Source: Octopus vulgaris (Eukaryota). From it: DNA of 64,000 bases. Positions 53,246-64,000 of this stretch are shown in pieces. The position numbers were made by a program, and so were the translations under genes. Position 1 is the stretch's first letter; every line of letters starts with the position of its first letter. Below the pieces are notes generated by a model. The model did no database searches, was not told the DNA's origin, and saw only the letters and a program-made list of their open reading frames with translations. Location of the stretch: positions 157,046,001-157,110,000 of the forward strand of contig OX597815.1 of the NCBI GenBank assembly GCA_951406725.2, in the 5' to 3' direction.

Positions 53246-54021
53246 CAATAAGAAAATGGTAGGTCATCACCTAATAGACCTTATATTATGTCAATTTATT
53301 CATTTACTAAAATGACAATTACAAGAATATACATACATGTATAACATATTATGCTTTGCATATAAAATATACAAAGATACAGGTAATTATTAAAATATAT
53401 AACATACAGGAATAGAAATTTGATAAATAGTTAACAGCTCTTTCAGCCAAGAGGCAAAAATACTCCATTCTACCTTTATCTGACCACTAGACTAAAGTAA
53501 ATTCTTTGCCCTAACCCATTTAGTACACTCGGTAATGTAATGGCAATGCAATAAAAGACACTTGTATTTTAATAATTGGGTATTCTACCAGCAGTATATA
53601 GGATAGATATTTTCCCTTAGTTGGCTGGATTCACAACTTCTAACTCTCTTAGGCTGAAACAGCAGTAAGAAGTAATTTTTAGGTTTCCATTAATTTATAC
53701 TATTTCTTTTAAAATCTGTATTTGTATTATTATCTTATCTATTGATTTCTATAATATTTTTGTATGCTTTTGATGTTCTCATTTGTAAAATGAATAAATA
53801 ATCCAGCATTATAATATCCGTAAGTTGATGAACGAACCAAATTTGTTTCACCATTTTCTTATTTGTATTATATATATGTATGTGTATGTATGTATGTATG
53901 TATGTATGTATGTATGTATGTATGTATATATATATATATATATATGTGTGTGTATATATATGTATGTATATATATATATGTATGTATATATATATGTATA
54001 TATATATGTATATATATATCG

Positions 54022-54052
<31 letters not shown>

Positions 54053-54104
54053 TGTATTTATATATACGCATGTATGTATGCGTGTGTGTATGTACGTATA
54101 TATT

Positions 54105-54258
54105 TTTTTACCTGTTTCAGTCATTTGACTGTGGCCATGTTGGACTTATTCTTTGTAAGTAGTAGAAGGCACTTGCCCAAGCTGCCACGCGGTGGGACTG
54201 AACCCAGAACCATGTATTTGGTAAGCAAGCTACTAACCACACAGCCACTCCTGCCCCT
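54105..54258 (-). mobile_element. internally deleted SINE group B
   Basis: Tail (cagtcatttgactgtggccatg) fused to head (acttgcccaag...cacagccactcctgcc). Confidence 0.8.
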
Positions 54259-54407
54259 AATATATATATATATGTATAAGTATATATATATGTAAGTATG
54301 TGTGTATATAAATATATGTATGTATGTATATATATATATACATACATACATATACATACAAACACACACACATATATATATATGTATGTATATATATTTA
54401 TATATAT

Positions 54408-54484
<77 letters not shown>

Positions 54485-54538
54485 TGTGTGTATGTATGTA
54501 TGTATGTATGTATGTATGTATGTATGTATGTATGTGTG

Positions 54539-54612
<74 letters not shown>

Positions 54613-54968
54613 TATATACATGTACTGTAAAATTTGACTTCTAAAGTTTATTAGAACGTATTCGCAGTGCAGACATATCAAATGTCTTCTCCGGTTTCGC
54701 CTGAGGATGGGCTCTTGATGAGATTCAGTGTTTGATATACTAAAAATGTGTGTGTGTCAATTATGAATGTACGTGTGTTTATATATCGATCTGCAAGCTA
54801 TCGTTATATATAAACATATCTTTCATCTCTTCTCCTCCTCTCTCTATCCCTCCTCTCCCTCCTCCTCCCTCTCTCTCTCTCTCTCTGTCTAACATATATA
54901 TATATATATATATATATACGAGGTGGGGTGTGTGTGTGTGTATATACATATATATGTATATACACGTG

Positions 54969-55000
<32 letters not shown>

Positions 55001-55211
55001 TTACACACACACACATATATATTTATGTATGTATGTATGTATTATGCATATGCACACGTTATACGCATGTATATATAGGTAATGTATATGTATAAATACA
55101 TATATAGGTGTAAAATTAACATTAAAATGACAAGAAAGAAGATGAAAATTAATTTACTCTTCCATACATGTTTGGGCAAATGGTTATGTAAATATATACT
55201 TTCATACACAG

Positions 55212-55302
<91 letters not shown>

Positions 55303-55464
55303 CACACACATATCTAATTTCCTTATTTCATGTGCGAAAACATCCATCAGTATTTAGTAATCCTTTTTTCCCAGATTCTAAGGACCTGTCAATATGAATT
55401 GCGTTTCTTCGCTGCTGACGTCGAGTATAATGTCAACGTTTTTCTATTACGCCAATCGAACATT

Positions 55465-55516
55465 GTCCTCGTCGTCTTCGTCGTCGTCGTCATCATCATC
55501 ATCGTCGTCGTCGTCG

Positions 55517-55566
<50 letters not shown>

Positions 55567-55950
55567 GTCGTCGTCATTATCATCATCCCCATCGTCGTCG
55601 TCATCGTATCATCATTGTCGTTGTCGGCGTCGTTGCAGTGACAACCACGGCCGCAGCAGCGCCATCGACGTCGTAGTCGTAGTTGTCATTATATGTTTGG
55701 CATCATCATCATAATCATCATCAACATCATCATCATCATCATCATCGTCATACCACTAAATATTCATATTCATTGCCGTTGTCATCAAAACAATAATCAA
55801 CAACCACAGCAGCAAATTCATCATTATTATTCTCACCAGCAGTAACAGAAGAAGCAACAGCAACAACAACAACAACAACAAAAGCAGCAGCATCATATTC
55901 GTCATCATTATCATGGACATTATCATGGACACCATCACCATCACTATTCG
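55465..55950. repeat. (CAT/CGT/CAA)n trinucleotide repeat field
   Basis: Direct inspection. Confidence 0.9.
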
Positions 55951-56467
55951 CTTCATTAAATTATCACCTGGTTTGGCATCATTGTTGATGTTGATGTTTT
56001 CCCGAGTTTGAGGTAATCGATCGATACCAGTAATATATTGAAATACAATCCCTTGACTATGTTACAATTGTGTATACTTTCGCTACAATACTCTTAGATC
56101 CTAAGATATGAAATCACCATATGTTTTCGCCATTTTTCTTTGTTTGTCAACTCCTTCAATTTATCTTTTTCTATCCTTCATTTTTCCTTGTCTTTCAACT
56201 CTTTCATTTCATCTTTTTCTGTCCTTCATTTTGCCTCATTTTCTCTAATATTCTTCGTCTTGTTCGTCTTTATTCTTTCCTCCTGTTCTTCAACTTCGTC
56301 TTTATATTTTGGGCATCGGATTGGCAAAATCAGCAAATAAGTCAGTCAGAAAATATTTCTTACAGTATGTCGTTGACTTTCACGTCGTTCTGAAGTTAAA
56401 GCCCACGGAGAATCGACAAAATATAATACTAGTTAAATACTGAGATCGTTATCATAGACAATTATAC

Positions 56468-56850
56468 AGGCGGCGAGCTGGCATGATCTTTAGCAAGCTG
56501 AGCAAAATGCTTAGCGGTATTTCGTCTTCCACTACGTTCTGAGTTCAAATTCCGCCGAGGTCGACTTTGCATTTCATCCTTTCGGGGTCGATTAAATAAG
56601 TACCAGTTGCGCACTGGGGTCGATATAATCGACTTAATCCCTTTGTCTGTCCTTGTTTGTCCTTTCTGTGTTTAGCCCTTGTGGGTAGTAAAGATATGAG
56701 TATTTCCTCCGATTTCACGTGCTCAGTTCAAATTCCATCGTGGTCGACTTTGCCTTTCGTTATTTTAGGAAATAAGTACCAGTCGAGCACTGGAGTCGAT
56801 CTAATTCATTAGCAACTTCTCTAGAAATTGCTGGCCTTGTGCCAACAATA
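56468..56850 (+). mobile_element. composite (dimeric) SINE group A
   Basis: A full copy (56468-56700) is followed immediately by a second, head-truncated copy. Confidence 0.88.
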
Positions 56851-57975
56851 TTATAAACTATAATTTATTATAAACTATAATTTATATATATTTATTATAA
56901 ACTATAATTTTTCTCAACATAATTACCTTGGTCACATTTCCGCAGTTCTCCAAAATTTTTAGATTATATTTCTACAAAATACATCAGAATAAAGATATTT
57001 TATATTTTTAACAATTTCTTCAGATCTTTTTGGAACACTCTGGATTTCTCCCCATATCGAGAAGACTTGAAATCTGACAGCTTCTACCATTTTAAGCATA
57101 ATTTTATTCTGTTTACATTCAACTTCAGATGGCTTCCTGTCAGGAAAACAAGGCCCACCAAAAACAAAAACAAAAAAAAATCAATTGAATTCAACAGACA
57201 CAAGGCAAATTCAATTACACGGCAAGACGCAAGTAGCAAACACAGAAAACTAATGACTTCTTGACAGATAATTGTGACATTGATTCAAACAACTTCAATG
57301 ATACGAGTAATAACAACAATGCACACACGCAGACATGCTTTTTGTCCAAAGAAGAAAACAGTGGAAAATATATCACCGTTTCATTCTTTCAATCTGATGC
57401 GTGGAGAGGTGGAGGTAGAGCTGATGGCATGGCTTGATAAGGTTTTAAACTTGAGGCCAAGTTTATGAAGCCAGCTGATCTGTTATGTTACACACCTGCC
57501 TATACACTAACACCATGATATATGGTTACACAAACAAAAGTGCCGAAATAACCAGGAACGACATGTGGTTGAGTGAGATGTCGCTGAGCAAGGAGAACTT
57601 TAATGATCTCGAAAACCTATTTAAGCATTCAGGTAGAGTGTCCCTTCGAGAGGGCAGAAGGATAGGCCAGACAGAACTCGCTAAAGATTTTTACAAATGT
57701 ATTCACCCAAGAAGTTGCTTCTTGTTATCAGTAGTATAGTCGAATGTGAAAACTACAAGCTCTACTTTCCAGAAGGAATCGTAGCGTGGTCACTACCAGA
57801 TTGGAATCTTTGATCGGGATCTGAACCATTAATATCAGTCTAGATTACTGCATCGCAGTGGTTGTTCTAATGTAGGCAGTTTGCTATCTTGTATTTAGAG
57901 GCTGGATTGCATTAGTTGTATTTATGCACATATGAAGTATTAAGTTCACCAACAGAGCCATCTGACTTCGTCAAA

Positions 57976-58214
57976 CTAATGAATTAGATCGACTCCAGTG
58001 CTCGACTGGTACTTATTTCACCGACCCTGAAATAATGAAAGGCAAAGTCGATCACGGTGGAATTTGAACTGAGCACGTGAAATACTCATTTCTTTACTAC
58101 CCACAAGGGGCTAAACACAGAGAGGACAAACAAGGACAGACAAACGGATTAAGTCGATTATATCGACCCCAGTGCGTAACTGGTACTTATTTAATCGACC
58201 CCGAAAGGATGAAA
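57976..58214 (-). mobile_element. inverted partial copy of the composite SINE at 56572-56812
   Basis: RC reproduces the same dimer junction and private variants (cacgtgctcagttc, gatctaattcattag). Confidence 0.88.
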
Positions 58215-58219
58215 GATAC

Positions 58220-58645
58220 GATTCTTAGAACATTTTTGTCATCCTAATAATCCAAACAACCATACAAGTGAACAAGCTAAATAGGGTCACTTTCTGTACA
58301 ACAGATGAAACAAATGGCGTTCTGAAGGATCTTAAAATAACCTAAGTTGAGCAAACACTCAATTATGCAGTTAAAGACGAATTTTTCGCATTCTTAACTG
58401 TAGAGACGAATCTAATATACAGTATGTGAGAACAAGTTTAGATACAAGTAAACAGTGAAACTGTGACTTCGCACGACAAACTGTTTAGAGACAGGTTAGT
58501 AGCTGAGCTTGCGTATATGCACCTGTATGAGGGACTACCGCTGGATAAGTACGTCACATAAGAAAAAGCAATGGAAATGGTTGTGAAACATCAACAGTGT
58601 AAACTGCAGAGAGAAAGCATTAAAGACGAACTCTGCGCAGATGAT
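58220..58645 (+). mobile_element. Gypsy/Ty3 gag relic
   Basis: KLFRDRLVAELAYMHLYEGLPLDKYVT*EKAMEM resembles the Gypsy gag 'IRDRIVxG..L...LTLEKAI' motif. Confidence 0.55.
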
Positions 58646-59424
58646 CTTTGAACTATTTTGCTTGAAACAGTTGCATACGTTTTTGTTTATTATTATATTA
58701 TATTATATTACTATTACTTTCATCTTATTTTTTTTCGAACTTCAAACCATGCTTAGGTCAACTTTCATCTCCAGTCAAGTACTGAGGTCAACGATATCGA
58801 CTAAAAATCTCTTGCCTTTCTCTAGTTAGAAACAATTATCTATTAATGATTATGTTTTGTTTTTTGTTTTTCTTTTTAAATTTCTTGTAAACCTATATAA
58901 GATCAGTGGATTCACACGTTTCCTTATTTGAGAATCGATAATTTGTGAAGTTTCAGCTTTCGGTAACCACTTTCCTATCTCTCCTCCCGCTATCTCACTC
59001 TCTCTCTCTCTCTCTCTCTCTCTCCCCCTCTCTCCCCCTCTCTCCTCTCTCTCCCCTCTCTCCCCTCTCTCCCCTCTCTCCCCTCTCTCCCCCTCTCTCC
59101 TCCTTTCTTCCATCTCTCTCCCTCTTCCTCTCCCTCTCCTTTTCTGTTATATTGTTGTAGCTGGTGATGTGGTGGTACGGAGCTGTAGTCAATGTGCTTG
59201 AGGCAGTGTACTCAATGATGGAAGAACTACTGGTAATAGTGAAGATGTTGGTCGACAAAATGGTGCTGGCGTGAAAAACTGCAGCATTAATCATCTTTAC
59301 CACGGCGCTGTCAATTGACAGATGTTTTTGCAGCCGTCATTGACTCATTGGTGATGGTGAGCTATTATTGCTGCTGCTGTTGCTTTTGTTTCCTTGCTGT
59401 CAATGGTATTGATAGTGCTGTTGT

Positions 59425-59954
59425 CTTCTTCTTCTTCTTCTTCTTCTTCTTCTTCTTCTTCTTCTTCTTCTTCTTCTTCTTCTTCTTCTTCTTCTTCTTC
59501 TTCTTCTTCTTCTTCTTCTTCTACGTCTTCTTCTTCTTCTTCTTCTTCTTGAAGATCTACCTACCACACGCGATAGACTGGCGGTTGCACGGGTGCAAAA
59601 GCTACGTTGTTATTCTCATTCAGTAAACGGTGGCTTTTTAACGGGTGGAGCGCTGAACCATCATGGGGTACAGGGGATTCCCAATCTAGACTAGGGTCTG
59701 AAAGTTTACCACACCATAGTGGGTTGCATCATGGTTCCTCTGCTTTGTAGCAGAAGTAGGAAGAAAGAGTGAGAGAAAGTTGTGGTGAAAGAGTACAGTG
59801 GGGTTCACCACCACCACCACCACCACCCGCCGGAGCTCATGGGGCTTATGTGCTTTTGCTCAATAAACACTCACAATGCCCGGTCTGGGAATCGAAACCG
59901 CATTCTTACGACCGCGAGTCCGCTACTCTAACCACTTGGCCATTGCGCCTCCAC
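59425..59954 (-). mobile_element. tRNA-derived SINE with (GAA)n tail and 12-bp TSD
   Basis: RC head ggcgcaatggccaagtggttagag...ggtttcgattccc; tail (gaa)n at 59425-59550; TAGTGCTGTTGT at 59413-59424 and 59955-59966. Confidence 0.85.
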
Positions 59955-60109
59955 TAGTGCTGTTGTTGCTACTGGTAGTTGTGGTCGGTGTTTATTTGCT
60001 GAGTGGTAGAAAATATTTTCGTTGCTAACGAGGGAAATAGATGGCCCTTCTCTAACTCTTTTCTCGCTGCATGAGTAACTTCTCTCTCTTTTATACATTC
60101 AAGTCAGCA

Positions 60110-60620
60110 TCAAACACCTCGATTTTTGATCTAAGCATACCTCTATTCACCGATGAAAGAAATCTGGAAATGTAGGCAACAGATTTCCATTCCCAAACTC
60201 ATTGCTGTAACGCGATCGAATGCACTCCGAAACAAGATGCAACTCCAGATACCTGAAAATGTTTCTTAAGATTACACTGAGCTTTGGAATCGGTGGAGGG
60301 GATATCCGTCGATTATTTCAGTAGTAACAGATCCTGTCCAAGTTTAAGACTATTGTGTATGGCTGATGTATAAGATGAGGCCCATTACACAAATTTGGAA
60401 AACTGTTTTTCAGTAAGTCTCGATTAACACAATTGAGTCGTATCACTAACTCCAGCTCCATGGTAGCAGGTTTCTTATCAAGTAAGCATCCTCTTGTATT
60501 ATGATGTTTACCTCTCTAAATTATGACGATTGAGAATCCTAAGACATGCAATAGAGAACGACCTGGTCCCAGTATTGTCCTCTTTAGAATATTACTTTAA
60601 TTATTGATTTAAACACATAG
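60110..60620 (-). mobile_element. Gypsy RT/RNase H relic
   Basis: RC: VSGVASCFGVHSIALQQ*VWEWKSVAYISRFLSS..RYA*IK, matching RNase H 'DASxxGLGAVLLQ...WxPVAYASR.L...ExRYAQIE'. Confidence 0.6.
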
Positions 60621-61084
60621 ACAGATGCAACAGTCACGTTATTATCTATTTTACTATCTTTGACGTCCACCACACATAGGTATCCCTTGAAATACTGTAA
60701 TTTGTTTCCACGTGTATGGCACATTATATCATTAGCAGGGCACAGCGTTTTAGGATGAAATTTTCTATTTCTGCATTTGAAACGTTTCAGTTACATCATA
60801 TATGAGCATAAATATGAACATCGGTTTTGAAATATTATATTATATAACATAAGAGTCTGTTAAGGACGGTGTATAAACTATTATCAGTCGAAAAGCACAC
60901 CCATTACTCCTCTGAACCTCAGGTTCAGACTCTTCCGAAGAAGCACCGCGGTGCCACCTCCGCCCGTTCTTGGCAGACACGGAGAAAAATGAATGTCGAA
61001 ATGTTCGCCGAACATGTGCTAGAGGGCCCGCGGGCTGTGGAGTCTGGTCTCGCTGATGGCTATGATATGCAGATTCTGTGACTT

Positions 61085-61181
<97 letters not shown>
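61085..61181. repeat. (GATA)n microsatellite
   Basis: Pure GATA array. Confidence 0.98.
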
Positions 61182-61182
<1 letters not shown>

Positions 61183-61213
61183 AATGTAAGCATTATTTAC
61201 ATATGTATGTAGG

Positions 61214-61259
<46 letters not shown>

Positions 61260-61854
61260 CATACACACAAGCGTACACATATACACGAACTCAGACAAAT
61301 ACACATTGCATTGATTATATATTTTTCACTTAGTAATAATAGGCAGAAGACGCTTGCTAAAATTACTTGTAATAACAAAAATTGGATAATCGTTGTAGCT
61401 ATTTATTTTTGCAAGCCAAAGAAAACAAATGGCCTCTTTGTACAATCATTGTTACATTTTGTGAAGTGCCACTAATTTCAGCTGTGAATGTCAATAATAT
61501 GTGTAAATACTTGAACCTGATCAGAATTGTTTACGAACCTTATATATCAACTGTTTTGTAGAAAAGTAAGAGTTTCAAGGAAAAGGAAATGATTACACTT
61601 ACGTTTCATGTAGCTATTTATATGTCATACTGAGCGCATATTTATTGATAACATGTATGCTACAGCAGGTTTCGTTCGAGATAAAAATCTTGTATGGACA
61701 TCATATGTGTATATACATATATATATATATATATATATACAGAGAGAAGAAATATTACAATACAGTAGTATTGTTTCCCGGTAAAACAAAGAACCATCAG
61801 TTATATTATCGATTGCTATTTCCAGTAAATATTGGTGCATTGTTGTATCACTAT

Positions 61855-61916
<62 letters not shown>

Positions 61917-61962
61917 TGTATGTATGTATGTATGTATGTGTGTATGTATGTACATATATATA

Positions 61963-61998
<36 letters not shown>

Positions 61999-62047
61999 TG
62001 CATGCATGTATGTATGTATATTATGTATGTATGTATATATATTGTGC

Positions 62048-62175
62048 GGAGGCGCGTGGCTTCGTGGTTAGGGTGTGGCTTCGTGGTTAGGCTGGCATCC
62101 CGTCCAGCTGGGGAACACATACGCCATTGTAACCGGGAAACCGGGCCCATGAGTCTGGCTAGGCTTCAAAAGGGT
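62048..62175 (+). mobile_element. internally deleted V-domain-like SINE
   Basis: Duplicated head ggcttcgtggttagg fused to ctggcatcccgtccagctgggg...ggaaaccgggcccatgag. Confidence 0.7.
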
Positions 62176-62959
62176 GCATTTATTTTTTATTTATATATAT
62201 ATATATATATATATAGGACAGAAACGAAAAACGTCTCAGCAAAGGCTAGCGGGAATGCCAGTTTCATTTCGTTTGGGGGAATTTTGTCCCAGACATGAGT
62301 TGACTTGAATAGTTGATGACATTTCCTCTGAGCACGGAGACGTACAAGTACCTCTGGTTGGTTAGAGAGCTCAATATAACCACCGCGAGTGAGGGACTAC
62401 AAGCTATTATCCCAGAATCCTTCTAAGAAATGGACACTCTGGTGTAAAACCTGAGGCTTCGTGTAATTAATGGTCATTTCACTTCGGCCTGTAACTAGGT
62501 ACTAATCACGGAAACTCAGAGAGTGACACTTATGTTCTACAACGTTTATTATTAAACTACAATGACGTACAGATCTATCTTTATGACGACTTCATTTGTC
62601 ACTCCATCTACGGAAATCCTATGGTGATGGAAGAGCTAGTACGTGTGCAGAACTAATCAGTTGGTAGCGCACAGTAAGTTACAACATTCAGCTGTACCAG
62701 TGCATCGAATCATGCAGATCTACAACAGGGTGGAATAATTACGTGAGAGATCATGGTTAAAAAGTCAGAAATGCCATTGACAACAAAGAGGCACAAGGAG
62801 ACGACAATCATCTATGAAGACACAGCAATCACCATACGTGTGCGTGTGTGAGTGTGTGTGTATGTGTGTCTGTGTGTGTGCGTGTGTGTGTAACGAAATA
62901 CTCTTAAAGCACAATCCAATGTATAAACGTGGGGATGTGTGTGCATGAGCTTAATCTTA

Positions 62960-63270
62960 GACACAGGTAAAACTGTAGTCGACATGTTCGCTTTGGGTTC
63001 AACCTGACTCCGCCACACCTTGGTCAAATATTTTTCTTCTATAGTCCCAGGCCGATCAATGGCTTCTGAGTGAAATTGTAAGAGTGAAATTCCGTGGAGA
63101 CTCGTTGTATTTGAGTGTATGTGTCTGCGTGTGTGTGTGAGTGTATGTGAATATGTGTGTGTATGCGTGTGTGTGTGTTTCTTTGAATTTGTCACCACTT
63201 GACAGTCGGTGTTGGTTTGTTTACTTCTCTATAACTTAGTAGTTCTAAAAAGAGAACTTAAATTCAGTCG
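62960..63270 (+). mobile_element. degenerate SINE group B
   Basis: gggttcaacc...accttggtcaa...ttctatagtcccaggccgatcaa...cttgacagtcggtgttgg...taacttagtagttc. Confidence 0.7.
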
Positions 63271-63399
63271 ATTTGTTCGACAAACACTTTCAGACTTTGG
63301 TACAGCTTGTAGTGTGTTACTGAAACAAATGAAAGAGGAAAAACACAATAAAAGCGTAAATACGTATATATGTGTATGTGTACCCAGGCGTATGTGTCT

Positions 63400-63452
<53 letters not shown>

Positions 63453-63457
<5 letters not shown>

Positions 63458-63584
63458 GAAAACCACTATGTGGATGCCCTTATGCTAGAAGTAAATCTGC
63501 TATGATCTTACCACTAAGAATGTGGTAAGACCATAGCGGATCTACTTCTAGCATAAGGGCATCCATATAGTGGTTTTCCCTCTC
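63453..63584. repeat. foldback inverted repeat (~62-bp arms, 7-nt loop)
   Basis: Arms 63453-63514 and 63522-63584 differ by 4 substitutions and 1 indel; inserted after (TA)n. Confidence 0.95.
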
Positions 63585-63705
63585 ATATGTATATAATACA
63601 ATTTTACTGAACCTTCATTTTTTTTTATATGCTACACCACTGGTGTTAAAATGATATTAATTAAATTAATATCAAATTCCTCACCCTCATTTTAAATCTA
63701 AATAT

Positions 63706-63738
<33 letters not shown>

Positions 63739-63910
63739 GGCATGTATATGTACACACATACATGCATACATACATACAGGCATGCATACATACATACATA
63801 CATACATACATACATACATACATACATACATACAGCTCGACGCTCTAACCACTGAGCCATGCGCCTTAACTATGTATATATGAATATATACATATATACG
63901 CACAGGCATA

Positions 63911-63968
<58 letters not shown>

Positions 63969-64000
63969 AAGCTTGCTCCCCGACTACATGTTTTCGGATT

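Noticed and set aside
53420-53680. Hammerhead at ggctGAAACAGCAGTAagaagt
   Set aside because: The 3' half and stem I-like pairing are present, but there is no CUGANGA box. Possibly a decayed PLE end; not called.
55394-55714. Poly-Ser / poly-Met / poly-Ile protein ORFs
   Set aside because: Trinucleotide (CAT/CGT)n repeat with no splice or domain support.

Overview
AT-rich, microsatellite-dense eukaryotic genomic DNA. The SINE/LINE repertoire and the extreme (TA)n/(CA)n/(TATG)n load suggest a coleoid cephalopod, probably Octopus; this is inferred from repeat content, not a database match. The only well-supported host gene is a + strand multi-exon gene (coding exons 3816-9192) for a divergent protein with two MAM domains, each encoded by three exons. 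The rest is a transposon graveyard: three tRNA-derived SINE groups, CR1, RTE, Tx1/L1 and R4/Dong LINE fragments, Tc1/mariner and hAT elements and MITEs, Gypsy relics, and Penelope-like elements (PLEs) with GIY-YIG ORFs and inverted pseudo-LTRs. The most notable hidden structure is a set of minimal hammerhead-ribozyme-like motifs in several unrelated PLE termini, one directly downstream of a tRNA-like Pol III cassette. Also notable are a CAG|GTAAGT recursive-splice-like site in the MAM gene, an inverted composite-SINE duplication and a long foldback hairpin. Most short ORFs in the supplied track are microsatellite artefacts.
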